NCBI GenBank assembly: GCA_963674735.2
Contig: CAXXQS010000002.1
Coordinates: 640,001 to 704,000 of the forward strand
Origin: Myxococcota bacterium
Lineage (GTDB): Bacteria > Myxococcota_A > SURF-8
Length of the DNA stretch: 64,000 bases
Direction: 5' to 3'
The translations under genes were made by a program, and so were the position numbers. Of the stretch, positions 6,790 through 16,402 are shown in pieces. Below the pieces are notes generated by a model that was not told the origin of the DNA, made no database searches, and worked only from the letters and a program-made list of their open reading frames with translations. The first letter of the stretch is position 1, and the number at the start of each line of letters is the position of its first letter.

Positions 6790-9003
6790 ATGAAAAGCAT
6801 AGCGCATGGTGTAATACAGGTTCTGCTACTCGGCTGTTTGATCGGCCTGCTGGCCGCCTGTTCCGGAACGTCCACGACGACCGTCGACGGCGACACGCCC
6901 GTCTATCAACCGGACGGCGATAACGAATTGCCCGGCGATGGCGACGACCCCGATGGCGACGACCCCGACGGCGACGACCCCGACGGCGACGACCCCGACG
7001 GCGACGACCCCGACGGCGACGACCCCGACGGCGACGACCCCGACGGCGACGATCCGGACGGCGACAGCACGGACGGTGACAGCACGGACGGAGACAGCAC
7101 GGACGGAGACACCGACGGCGACACGGACGGCGACGATCCGTGGCACTGCGCCGTCGATACCGACTGCCCCTGGGGCTTTGCCTGCGTGGTGGACGGCGAA
7201 GGGGACGGCTGCGTATCGATGAACGAATGCGACGACGACGACGATTGCCTCACCGATTACGAGTGCACCGCAGTCGCCAACTGGAATATCTGCCGCCTGG
7301 CCGGGGATGAATGCTCGGAAGAGCTACCCTGCAGCTACGGCTTCGCCTGCTGGCCCACCGCCACCGGACGTTTCGTCTGCCAGAACGCCAACGAATGCGG
7401 AACCGACGCCGATTGCGAAACCAACGAAGTCTGCATCGACGGTCCCGATTGGAAAATCTGCGAAAGCGACGCCAACGACTGCTACCAGCACACCGACTGC
7501 AATTTCCACTTCGCCTGCAATACCGACAACGAGCCCAACCGCTGCGAATACGCCAGCACCTGCACGTCCAACGACGACTGCAGCTTCGGCAATGTCTGCC
7601 GCCAGGTGGAAAACTGGAAAGAGTGCAAACTGGGCCTCAACACCTGTTCCTCCGACGCCGATTGCCCGCCCGACGAATACTGCCAGGGCGTTGTCGGCAG
7701 CTTGGGCAGTTGCCAATCGCGCAACGAATGCGAGAGCGACGCCGACTGCGGTGCGCAGCAACGTTGCGTCAACAACGGTCTCTACACCGAATGCATCGAC
7801 GCCCCCACCTGCGCCGTCCACACCGACTGCGAATACGGGTATCGCTGCGAAAACAACATTTGCGAATACGCCAACGAATGCAACGTGGATGACGAGTGCG
7901 GTCCCAACGCGCGCTGCCTGCGCGACGGCGAAAACTGGAAAATCTGCGTGGGCATGAACACCGAATGTTCCGATCACAGCGATTGCCAGTTCGGCTACAT
8001 GTGCAATTCGGACGTCAACCCGGCCGTGTGCGCCTACGCCAGCACCTGCAGCTCGGACGAGGATTGCGGTTCCATGGAGGCCTGCGAGGTGGTCGAAAAC
8101 TGGAAGGAATGCAAATTCGACTGGTCCTTCGACTTCTGCGGATCCGACGCCGACTGCGAGCCGGATGAATTTTGCGAGAGCGTGCTCGGCAGCTACGGCA
8201 CCTGCAAATCGCTCAACGAATGCAGCGACGACACCGACTGCCCGGCCGACTACGTTTGCGAGAACAACGGCACCTACAACGAATGCGTCGAAGCCAACCC
8301 CTGCCAGCAGAACACCGATTGCGCCATCGGGTATCGCTGCGTGGTGTCCGATCCGCGCAACTACTGCGAATACGCCAACGAATGCGCCTCCGACGCCGAC
8401 TGCGAAGCCTGGCAGTCCTGCCAGGTGGAGGGCAACTGGACGGTCTGCAAGCTGGCCTGGAACAATCCCTGCACCTCCGACGACGGCTGCGCCGCCGATG
8501 AATGGTGCGACCTGACCGTCGGCCCCATCGGTATCTGTCGCTCGCGCGACCAGTGCATGGTGGACGGCGATTGCGGCGAGGGTCTGGTGTGCGAGGACAA
8601 CGGCACCTACAACGAGTGCGTCCCCGCCACCGAACAGAACTGCTGGTTCGACTTCCAGTGCCCGGAAAACTGGAACTGCGTCGATGGCCAATGCCAACCC
8701 ACTTACGCGGGTATGTGCGAGAATGTGGAAGGCCAGTGGACGGTCTGGTTCTCGTCGCCGACCTGCCTGCTCATCTCGGCCGGCACCGTGCTGGAGTTCA
8801 TGCCTGAGGACGGTTGCGACGGAGCGGTGAAAACCATCAACTCACCCATCGACCTGGGCACCTTCACCGAAACCTCCACCGGTCACTACGATGTCAGCTT
8901 CGGTTTCATCTACCAATGCACCGCCACCGTCACCCTGGGCACGCTGATGAGCATGGATTGCCCGGTCGGCTGCGGCGGCATCCAGTTGTCACGCGGCTTG
9001 TAA
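6790..9003 (+). CDS. Cys-rich repeat lipoprotein with DGDDP stalk
   Basis: Lipobox LAA-C, DGD repeats, many CxxDxDC...C modules, and a short beta-rich C-terminal domain. Confidence 0.85.
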   Translation: MKSIAHGVIQVLLLGCLIGLLAACSGTSTTTVDGDTPVYQPDGDNELPGDGDDPDGDDPDGDDPDGDDPDGDDPDGDDPDGDDPDGDDPDGDSTDGDSTDGDSTDGDTDGDTDGDDPWHCAVDTDCPWGFACVVDGEGDGCVSMNECDDDDDCLTDYECTAVANWNICRLAGDECSEELPCSYGFACWPTATGRFVCQNANECGTDADCETNEVCIDGPDWKICESDANDCYQHTDCNFHFACNTDNEPNRCEYASTCTSNDDCSFGNVCRQVENWKECKLGLNTCSSDADCPPDEYCQGVVGSLGSCQSRNECESDADCGAQQRCVNNGLYTECIDAPTCAVHTDCEYGYRCENNICEYANECNVDDECGPNARCLRDGENWKICVGMNTECSDHSDCQFGYMCNSDVNPAVCAYASTCSSDEDCGSMEACEVVENWKECKFDWSFDFCGSDADCEPDEFCESVLGSYGTCKSLNECSDDTDCPADYVCENNGTYNECVEANPCQQNTDCAIGYRCVVSDPRNYCEYANECASDADCEAWQSCQVEGNWTVCKLAWNNPCTSDDGCAADEWCDLTVGPIGICRSRDQCMVDGDCGEGLVCEDNGTYNECVPATEQNCWFDFQCPENWNCVDGQCQPTYAGMCENVEGQWTVWFSSPTCLLISAGTVLEFMPEDGCDGAVKTINSPIDLGTFTETSTGHYDVSFGFIYQCTATVTLGTLMSMDCPVGCGGIQLSRGL
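6937..7140 (+). repeat. 15-bp tandem repeat: DGDDP x8, then DGDST x3, DGDT x2, DGDDP
   Basis: ga(c/t)ggcgacgacccc-type units at 6937-7056, followed by variants. Confidence 0.95.
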
Positions 9004-9030
9004 ACCGCCGTTTTTTATCGGCAATCTCAC

Positions 9031-9056
9031 GGCCGCCCTTCGGGGCGGCTTTTTTT
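9031..9056 (+). terminator. Intrinsic terminator
   Basis: GGCCGCCC-ttcg-GGGCGGCT followed by T6. Confidence 0.8.
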
Positions 9057-9290
9057 GGGGGGAGAGAAACTCCGACTCGCGGCCAATGGACGGAGAGGCG
9101 ATCGAAACGGAATCGCTGAAAATCATCCTTCCACCGCTTTTCCTTCATTTCGATTGACGAAAGGTCGATTCGTTGGTAGAACGGCATCCAATGCGCACGA
9201 TCTGAGACCTGGCAGCGATTCGTTCAGCGAATGTAGCTTTTCAAGTGGAATTCCAAGACCAACGGTTTCCCGGGAGAAAAGGAGCAAACC

Positions 9291-10466
9291 TTGCAGGGGA
9301 TTAAAAACGGCATCAATTTCTTGTTGGAGAATAGCCTCTTCCTAATCGGCGGCACCATCGCGGCGTTGCTGATGGCCAACATGGATCACGAAAGCTATCA
9401 CCACATCATCCACGCCGAACTGTTCAAAGGCGTCAACTTCCACTTCCTTGTCAACGACGTCCTGATGTGCTTCTTCTTCGCGTTGGCGGCCAAGGAAATC
9501 TGGGAAGCCCTGCTCCCCGGCGGCGCGCTCAGCTCGCCCAAGAAAGCGGCCACCCCGCTGATCGCCACCGCAGGCGGCGTGATCGGACCGGCCTTGCTTT
9601 ACCTGGCGGGCGTCCACTTTTTTGAAGCCAGCGAACTCACGCGCGGCTGGGCCATCCCCTGCGCAACCGACATCGCCTTTTCTTACCTGGTGGCGCGCCT
9701 GGTGTTCGGCAAGGGACACCCGGCCATCCCCTTCCTGCTGCTGCTGGCCATCGCCGACGACGCAGCGGGCCTGATCATCCTGGCGGTGGCCTATCCCACC
9801 GGCGAAATGCACCTCGTAACGTTCTTCCTGGCCCTGGGCGGAGCCATCGCCTTCAACCTGCTGGTTCTGCGTAAGATGCTGAATATTCAGAACTTCTGGG
9901 CCTACTTACTGATCGCCGGACCGGTCGCGTGGTACGGGTTCCACGAGGGCGGCATTCATCCCGCCCTGGCGCTGGTACCCATCATTCCCACTCTACCGCA
10001 TGCCAAACATGACGACGGGCTGTTCGAAGGAACCCAAACCGATTATCCGCACGACCCGCTCAATGCCTTCGAACACTGGTGGAAAAATCCGGTGGAACTC
10101 ATCCTGATGCTGTTCGGATTCGCCAACGCGGGCGTGGCGCTTTCGGCCATGGGCCTCGGCACCTGGCTGGTCACCGGCGGTCTGCTGATCGGAAAACCGG
10201 TGGGTATCTTCCTGTGCACCCTCGTCGCCGTCAAACTGATGCGGCTTGAAATGCCTCAGGGCATGAACTTCCGCGATGTGGTGGTGCTCGGCTGCATGGC
10301 CGGTATCGGCTTTACCGTTGCGCTGTTTGTGGCCACCGTGGCCTTCCCGGCGGGCGATACCCTCGACGCGGCCAAGATGGGCGCCCTATTCTCCTTCGCC
10401 GCGGCCATCGTTTCCTTTGTCGTCGCCATCGTTTTGCGCGCCGGCCGATTCGCCCCCAAAGCCTGA
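9291..10466 (+). CDS. nhaA: Na+/H+ antiporter NhaA
   Basis: VNDVLM, GWAIPCATDIAF, LAIADD, GKPVG and GIGFT motifs. TTG start after AAGGAG. Confidence 0.92.
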   Translation: MQGIKNGINFLLENSLFLIGGTIAALLMANMDHESYHHIIHAELFKGVNFHFLVNDVLMCFFFALAAKEIWEALLPGGALSSPKKAATPLIATAGGVIGPALLYLAGVHFFEASELTRGWAIPCATDIAFSYLVARLVFGKGHPAIPFLLLLAIADDAAGLIILAVAYPTGEMHLVTFFLALGGAIAFNLLVLRKMLNIQNFWAYLLIAGPVAWYGFHEGGIHPALALVPIIPTLPHAKHDDGLFEGTQTDYPHDPLNAFEHWWKNPVELILMLFGFANAGVALSAMGLGTWLVTGGLLIGKPVGIFLCTLVAVKLMRLEMPQGMNFRDVVVLGCMAGIGFTVALFVATVAFPAGDTLDAAKMGALFSFAAAIVSFVVAIVLRAGRFAPKA

Positions 10467-10474
10467 CTCTCGTC

Positions 10475-10518
10475 ACGGCGACGGACCCTCCCATGGGTCT
10501 GTCGCCGTTTGTTTTTTC
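10475..10518 (+). terminator. Intrinsic terminator after nhaA
   Basis: ACGGCGACGGACCC...GGGTCTGTCGCCGT stem followed by a T-tract. Confidence 0.7.
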
Positions 10519-10596
10519 CCGACTATTGAAGAGCGATGAAATACATGTTACCCTTTCTCCATCTAGGAGTTCGACGTTTCGGCTATCACAAGCCCG

Positions 10597-11817
10597 TTGC
10601 TCGACGAGACTGTCTCGGCGAGCATCACGCCTGAGGGGATCGGCTATCGACGTATGATCGCAACACGGATTACACCGCTACGCAGCGAGAGCGACTGGCA
10701 GGACTGTCGGGAGCGCCTGCAGGCCTTCGAAAAGCTCTGCGCCCCCGATTGTTTCATGAGCTGGGCCTACCAGCACGCCGTCTGGAAGCTGGTGGCTCCC
10801 GAAAAAACCTGCTGGCTCATGGAAGTCGGTGCCCACGGCGAACCCTTGGCGACCGCCCTCTGGGCCGAAGCCACCACCACCCGCTGGCTCACCAATTTTC
10901 GCATTCTGCGCAGCCTGGATTACAACGTGATGCAGATGGCCCCCATGATGCTGCGGGCCGGACGCGAGCGGGAAGCCTGCCACGCCCTGGTGGACGCCCT
11001 GCCCAAACTGGCCAACGCCAGCCAGACCAATCTGGTGCGCCTGTACAAAATCAATGCCGAAAGCGCCCAGCCGCTCATCGAGGCCTTGAAAACGCACGAT
11101 GTACCCCACCAGGTACGCCCCTTCAACCGCTCCCATCGCATCCTCCTGACCGACGATCTCAACGAGTATTTCGCCCAGAAATCCAAGAAATCGGTGCGCA
11201 ACATCCGACGGCTGGGCAAGAATCTCGAAAAAGACCTGGGCGGCGAACTCAACCTGCAGCGTCATCGCGGCGCTTTCTGCGAACGGCCCGACTTCGAAAC
11301 CGACCTGCAAAAATTCGAAGATCTGCGCTGCCGTTCCTGGCAACTCTCCCAAAGCGGCGGAAACGGTCACGTCCATGGGAAAGACGTCATGGCTTTTTAC
11401 CGTGAAGCCTGCGAAGACTGGAAACAGAAAGGATGGCTGGATTTGATCGTGATGCAGGCCGGAGAAACGCCCGTAGCCGGACAGCTCAACGTCATCATCG
11501 ATCAGACTCAATGGGTGGTGCTCACCGCCTACGACCAGAAACTGGCGCGCTACTCCCCCGGACGCGTGATGTTTTATCGCCAACTGTTCGACAGCTTCGT
11601 CATGGGCGACCGCCTGGTGGACTTCGGCGGCGAGAACGAAGATTGGAAACAGTACTGGTCTAACGACACGCAGGACACCCTGCAGATTTCCTGGGCCATG
11701 CGCGGGCTTAAAAGCGCGGTCTGGTCGTTGGCGCAAAAACTCTTGCGCTCGGGCGACGGCAAAATGCCGCTTCCCATCGTCAACCGCAACTCCATCAAAG
11801 GAAACGAAACAGGTTGA
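10597..11817 (+). CDS. CelD/BcsL-like GNAT acetyltransferase
   Basis: C-terminal YDQKLARYSPGRVM...VDFGG..EDWKQYW pattern of Acetyltransf_6 proteins. The true start may be ATG 10654. Confidence 0.75.
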   Translation: MLDETVSASITPEGIGYRRMIATRITPLRSESDWQDCRERLQAFEKLCAPDCFMSWAYQHAVWKLVAPEKTCWLMEVGAHGEPLATALWAEATTTRWLTNFRILRSLDYNVMQMAPMMLRAGREREACHALVDALPKLANASQTNLVRLYKINAESAQPLIEALKTHDVPHQVRPFNRSHRILLTDDLNEYFAQKSKKSVRNIRRLGKNLEKDLGGELNLQRHRGAFCERPDFETDLQKFEDLRCRSWQLSQSGGNGHVHGKDVMAFYREACEDWKQKGWLDLIVMQAGETPVAGQLNVIIDQTQWVVLTAYDQKLARYSPGRVMFYRQLFDSFVMGDRLVDFGGENEDWKQYWSNDTQDTLQISWAMRGLKSAVWSLAQKLLRSGDGKMPLPIVNRNSIKGNETG

Positions 11818-11978
11818 CACAACACAAAAATTCCCGGTCGATTCGCCCCCAAAGCCGACCCGACATAACCCCCCTGAACTACTTACTAATTGCTGCAGCC
11901 TTTCATTATTTTCTTGTCAATCGGACACCCAACACTGTATGCTGGGTGTATTCAGAAACCACAGGATTATAATGCCCT

Positions 11979-13553
11979 TTGGCTGGGAGGCTCCCGATTA
12001 CCAAGCGCCCCAATCATCCCGATTCGAGTCCGCAAGAAACCGCTGTTTTGCAGCGACAGATAGATGATTTGCGCCGACGTCTGGCCCAACACGAGCCGGT
12101 CGAAGGAGCCTTGCGTATTTTTCGCAATCTCTACGAAGCCATGACGGAAGGCGTGGCCTTGCATGAAGTGGTGGTCGACGCCGACAGAAAACCGATAGAC
12201 TACCGCATCATGGAGGTGAATCCCGCCTACGAATCCATCATCGGCATCCGCCGCGATGAAGCACGCGGCAAACTGGCTTCCGAGCTATACGGCACCAGCT
12301 CGCCGCCTTACCTCAAAGAATACAGCCATGTGGCCTTCTCCGGGGTGCCGGTCTCATTCGACACCTATTTTCCCCCCATGGACAAACATTTCACGATCAA
12401 GGTGTTTTCGCACCATCCCGGTCATTTCGCCACCGTATTCGAAGATATTACCAGCCGCAAACAAGCCGAAGAAAAGATCCGAAAGAGCGAAGAGCTGTTT
12501 CGCACCATTGCTGAAAAAGCGGTGGATTCGATCTTTACCAAAGATCTCGACCGGCGCTATACCTTCGTCAACCCCGCCATGGCGCAGGTCTTCGGCGTGG
12601 ACGGAGCGACGCTGATCGGCAAGACCCCAGGTGAACTCTTCGACGCAGAAACGGCCGCCATCATCGACGAAGTGGACATCGCAACGCTTGAGGGGCATGT
12701 CGTCGATGAAATCCGACGCTTGAGTCTGGGTGACGAATCGCGCGACTTCCATACCGTCCAGGTTCCCTTGAAACACAACGGCGGTGACGTTTACGGCATG
12801 TTGGGATTCGTACGCGATGTGACCGAGAAAAAACGGCGGGAAACGGAATTGCGGCACCAGCAAAAACTGGAAGCCCTGGGAACTCTCGCCGGAGGGGTCG
12901 CCCACGAGATCAACAATCCCATCAACATCATCGCCAATTATGCCGAACTGATTCAAAGCCGGGTTTCCCCGGACGACACAATCGCCGATTATTCACAGGA
13001 AATCCTGTCTGAAAGCGACCGGATCGCCAAAATCGTCGCAAACCTGCTGGCTTTCGCACGCCAGGATATCGAGGAACCGGCTCCGGCAATCATGCCCGAA
13101 ATCATCGAAACCACCTTGTCGCTGACCGGGAAAATCCTCACCCAACACCACATTGAACTCAAGCTCGAACTGCCCGCGGATCTCCCCTCGATCACCTGCC
13201 GCCGCCAACAGATCATGCAGGTTCTGCTCAATTTGTTGACCAACGCCAAAGACGCGCTCAATGATAAGTATCCCCAGTATAATGAAGATAAGATCATCCA
13301 CATCAGTTGCAAAGTCGTGCAGCGCGGAAACGCTCGCTGGCTGCGCTGCATCGTGAAGGACCACGGCACCGGAATTCCGGCGGATCAGATCGAAAAGGTG
13401 TTCGATCCTTTCTACACAACCAAAGCCCCTCACAAGGGGACGGGACTGGGCCTCGCCATCAGCCACAACATCATTACGGAGCACGGCGGCGAGTTACGAA
13501 TTGAAAGTCGGCCGGGGAGCTATACCCGATTCATCATCAATCTCCCCGTCTGA
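11979..13553 (+). CDS. Cytoplasmic PAS-PAS sensor histidine kinase
   Basis: Two PAS/PAC units, H-box GVAHEINNP, N-box NLLTNAKDA, and DHGTG / FYTTK / GTGLGL boxes. Start uncertain. Confidence 0.92.
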   Translation: MAGRLPITKRPNHPDSSPQETAVLQRQIDDLRRRLAQHEPVEGALRIFRNLYEAMTEGVALHEVVVDADRKPIDYRIMEVNPAYESIIGIRRDEARGKLASELYGTSSPPYLKEYSHVAFSGVPVSFDTYFPPMDKHFTIKVFSHHPGHFATVFEDITSRKQAEEKIRKSEELFRTIAEKAVDSIFTKDLDRRYTFVNPAMAQVFGVDGATLIGKTPGELFDAETAAIIDEVDIATLEGHVVDEIRRLSLGDESRDFHTVQVPLKHNGGDVYGMLGFVRDVTEKKRRETELRHQQKLEALGTLAGGVAHEINNPINIIANYAELIQSRVSPDDTIADYSQEILSESDRIAKIVANLLAFARQDIEEPAPAIMPEIIETTLSLTGKILTQHHIELKLELPADLPSITCRRQQIMQVLLNLLTNAKDALNDKYPQYNEDKIIHISCKVVQRGNARWLRCIVKDHGTGIPADQIEKVFDPFYTTKAPHKGTGLGLAISHNIITEHGGELRIESRPGSYTRFIINLPV

Positions 13554-13589
13554 AAATGATTGCAACCTCTCAATCGAGAAGAGAAAACA

Positions 13590-13982
13590 ATGGCTAACAT
13601 TCTGATTATCGATGATGAACTCGGTATCAGGAAAACTCTCGGCCTTTTTCTCGAAATACGCGGACATCGAACCTACTTGGCCGAGGACGTCCGCACCGGA
13701 CTCTCCACCCTGGCCGCTCAGCACGTCGACGCGGTGATTTGCGATGTGCTGCTACCGAACCGCTCCGGCCTGGAATTTCTGGAAGAAGTTCGAAAGTCGC
13801 AACCCACCCTGCCGGTCATCATGATCAGCGGCGAACCGACCCGGCGTGTCAAGCAAATCGCTAAAAACCTGAACGCCTACGACTTCCTGGCCAAACCCAT
13901 CCACAGCGACACGATCTGCAAATTGGTCGATCAAGCACTGGGGAGCGTGCGAACGACATCGCACTCCAAACCCGAATTCTAG
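13590..13982 (+). CDS. Single-domain response regulator
   Basis: ILIIDD...VICDVLLP...ISG...LAKP receiver motifs, directly after the kinase. Confidence 0.88.
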   Translation: MANILIIDDELGIRKTLGLFLEIRGHRTYLAEDVRTGLSTLAAQHVDAVICDVLLPNRSGLEFLEEVRKSQPTLPVIMISGEPTRRVKQIAKNLNAYDFLAKPIHSDTICKLVDQALGSVRTTSHSKPEF

Positions 13983-14030
13983 TCGGACATCGGCGAGCAC
14001 GGATCGGACAGAGCCCAGACAAACCGCAAC

Positions 14031-16373
14031 CTAGATCTCCACACCCAGGATAAAGCCGGGACCGAGACGGACGACATCTTTGTCACTTTTCTCGTAAATC
14101 TTCCAGTGGGGCAGATAGCTGACCTGATCGATGGGGATCGCGTTGTCGCTTTGCTCGTGGATCAGCGATAAGGTGGGACCGAAGATGATGGAGCGACGCT
14201 CGTCCCATTTCCAGCCGAACACAAAACGCAGCTTGTCGATGTAGGTCCAGCTTTTGGTGTCGCCCATATCCATCTGGCTCCACAGCAGGGTATCGATATC
14301 GAGGAACCAGCTTTCAGTCAGCGGGATATGCCCGCCGATGCCCCAGCCGAACGAAACCGAGCGGGTGTCGAACAGCGGTTGCAGACCGAGCGCGAACAGG
14401 TTGTAGACGTATTTGCTGCCGTGTTTGAACGCGGCGTTGACCAGGGCCGTGTCACTGGTCCAGAATTGCCCGTGCACCTGTCCATTGGGCACGATGCTTA
14501 AAAATCCGATGGGCGCGTCCACATCCTCGGCATAGTTGATGAAACCCAATTGCGCCCCACGCAGACGGCCGACGTTGACGTTGAGAAAGCCCATCTGGGC
14601 TCCGGCGGACGGTTCGCGCCCGGTAGTTATATTCACATAGCCCGCCTGCAAACCGGTGAAGGAACCGGTGGTCACGGAAGCCAGGCTGTATTGCAGGCCG
14701 GTCGCATCCCCGGCGACCACCGAAGCCAGGGCCAGTTGCGCCCCGATGAAATCCCCATAGGTAACATTGGCCAACGAAAACTGCGCACCGGTGACGTTGC
14801 CGACGGTCACGTTGGCCAGCGAGAGCTGCGCACCACGCACGTGGTCGATGGTGACGTTGGTCAAGGCGAGCTGCGCGCCGGTGACATTCCCGACCGCGAT
14901 ATCCACCAGGGCCAATTGCGCACCGGTGAAGTTACCGCCGGTGTAATCCACCAGGCCGTATTGCGCCCCCATGAAATGGCGGCTGTTGTGGTTGTAAATA
15001 CCGGCGAGTTGCAGGCCTTTGCTATCGCGCTGGGCGACGTTGACGATCCCCGCCACCGATACGCCCAAGGCATCGCGCTGGGTGACATTGACGATACTGG
15101 TCAATTGCAAACCCGCCATGTCGTCGTTTTGCCAGTTCAAAAACCCGGCCAAACCGAAACCGCGCAACTTGTCCTGTTCGTTGGCGAACAAGCCAAGAGA
15201 AACGTTGTTTTCGATCGGGCCTTCGTCTTCGTAAGCTTTGTTGATGTCGGCGGGCGGAAAGAATCCGATGTTGAACGGCACGCTTTTATATTTTTTACCC
15301 TCGTCGCCCCGCCCGCGCGCCACGGTCGACTCGGCGCTGATGCTGGTGAAATCGTTGAGCGCCAGCATATAAGGCCGATTCATTTCCAGGTTGAATTCCG
15401 CGATCGAATAGGCGCCGTCGCGTTCGAGCACCATGCGGTAGTTGCCGGGTTCGATCCCCAGTTCCATCGGCCGCCCGGCGCTTTTGCCCACCTCCGCCAC
15501 CAGACGCATGTTGGCATCGCGCAGATACAAACGCCCCGCCACTCCGCCTTCGACCAGCAAACTGGCGGTGTTTTCGCGCAGTTCGGTCAACACCAGTTCG
15601 CCGGTTCCCGAAAGCTGGATATCGTAGCTCGGATGCTGAGCGCCGCTCTGGGTGGTTTCGGTGCGCCCCAGAGTTTCGTTGAAGGCATACTGATAGGCCT
15701 CGTTGAGCGTCACGCGCCGATCGCCGGTGACGTCCGCCGCCCCGCGCAGCCCCGAAACCAGGTAATGGGTGAAGAAGGAACCCTCGATACGGTCGGATTC
15801 CTGGGCCGCTTCATCGGCGGAGGCCGACGTTAAAAAGGCGTGTCCTTCCAGCGAGATGGAAGCATCGGACAGAAAAGGCGGACGCGTTACGCCGCCCTTG
15901 CTGCGCGTCATGGCCCCGGACGAACAGGAATCGAGTACGATCACACGCACGGCGGCGGGCAAGGCCTCCACCCGCTTGCGCAGATCCTGGTAACGCACGC
16001 TGCGGCCATAGAGCAACAGGCCCTCTTCGTCGGAATGTCCCGAATAATAGACGAACACTTCCTGCCGCTCATCGGCGCGTCGCGTGGCGCGCATGCGCGT
16101 TTCAAGCTCCTGCAGGCCACTGAAAAACTCGTTGCGGTCGGGATCGATCAGCAGCACGCGGTCTTTGGGGGAGATGCCGCCCAGATCTTCGAGCACGTTG
16201 GCCACCGCCTGGGCATCGTCATCGGCGTAGCGCAGCAAAATGCGCCGCCCGCCGCCGTCGTTGGCACCGACGATGAAGGCGAAACGCCGTACCGACGACT
16301 CTTCCGCCGCATGCAACGATCCCGCCGCCGACAGGGTCAGCAGCAGGAGTAGTCCGGTTAATGCCCAGCGCAT
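14031..16373 (-). CDS. Exported caspase-family (C14) protease with GAQL-repeat solenoid and C-terminal beta-strand domain
   Basis: Signal peptide MRWALTGLLLLLTLSAAGSLHA. Catalytic dyad motifs YYSGHS and VLDSCSSG. About 15-aa repeats G(A/L)Q(L/F)xLxN(V/I). C-terminal amphipathic strands end GFILGVEI. Confidence 0.88.
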   Translation of the reverse strand: MRWALTGLLLLLTLSAAGSLHAAEESSVRRFAFIVGANDGGGRRILLRYADDDAQAVANVLEDLGGISPKDRVLLIDPDRNEFFSGLQELETRMRATRRADERQEVFVYYSGHSDEEGLLLYGRSVRYQDLRKRVEALPAAVRVIVLDSCSSGAMTRSKGGVTRPPFLSDASISLEGHAFLTSASADEAAQESDRIEGSFFTHYLVSGLRGAADVTGDRRVTLNEAYQYAFNETLGRTETTQSGAQHPSYDIQLSGTGELVLTELRENTASLLVEGGVAGRLYLRDANMRLVAEVGKSAGRPMELGIEPGNYRMVLERDGAYSIAEFNLEMNRPYMLALNDFTSISAESTVARGRGDEGKKYKSVPFNIGFFPPADINKAYEDEGPIENNVSLGLFANEQDKLRGFGLAGFLNWQNDDMAGLQLTSIVNVTQRDALGVSVAGIVNVAQRDSKGLQLAGIYNHNSRHFMGAQYGLVDYTGGNFTGAQLALVDIAVGNVTGAQLALTNVTIDHVRGAQLSLANVTVGNVTGAQFSLANVTYGDFIGAQLALASVVAGDATGLQYSLASVTTGSFTGLQAGYVNITTGREPSAGAQMGFLNVNVGRLRGAQLGFINYAEDVDAPIGFLSIVPNGQVHGQFWTSDTALVNAAFKHGSKYVYNLFALGLQPLFDTRSVSFGWGIGGHIPLTESWFLDIDTLLWSQMDMGDTKSWTYIDKLRFVFGWKWDERRSIIFGPTLSLIHEQSDNAIPIDQVSYLPHWKIYEKSDKDVVRLGPGFILGVEI
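14530..15170 (-). repeat. Degenerate ~45-bp coding repeats (G-A-Q-L-x-L-x-N-V; LA_2272/VC2662-like)
   Basis: Units such as TGAQLALVDIAVGNV / TGAQLALTNVTIDHV / RGAQLSLANVTVGNV. Confidence 0.8.
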
Positions 16374-16402
16374 GATCCCACACTCTCCATGATGCTCGTC
16401 CG

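Noticed and set aside
6506-6790. Cobalamin riboswitch or Fur box upstream of tonB
   Set aside because: I could not find B12-box/GGGAA core elements or a GATAATGATAATCATTATC-like site.
1-7140. 15-bp arrays at 1-225 and 6937-7056 as possible CRISPR arrays or iterons
   Set aside because: The units are contiguous with no unique spacers, are in-frame coding, and no cas genes are present.
14031-16373. Caspase as part of an anti-phage or gasdermin-type cell-death system
   Set aside because: It has a signal peptide and lies in an ECF/anti-sigma operon. No gasdermin, NLR, TIR or CRISPR genes are nearby.
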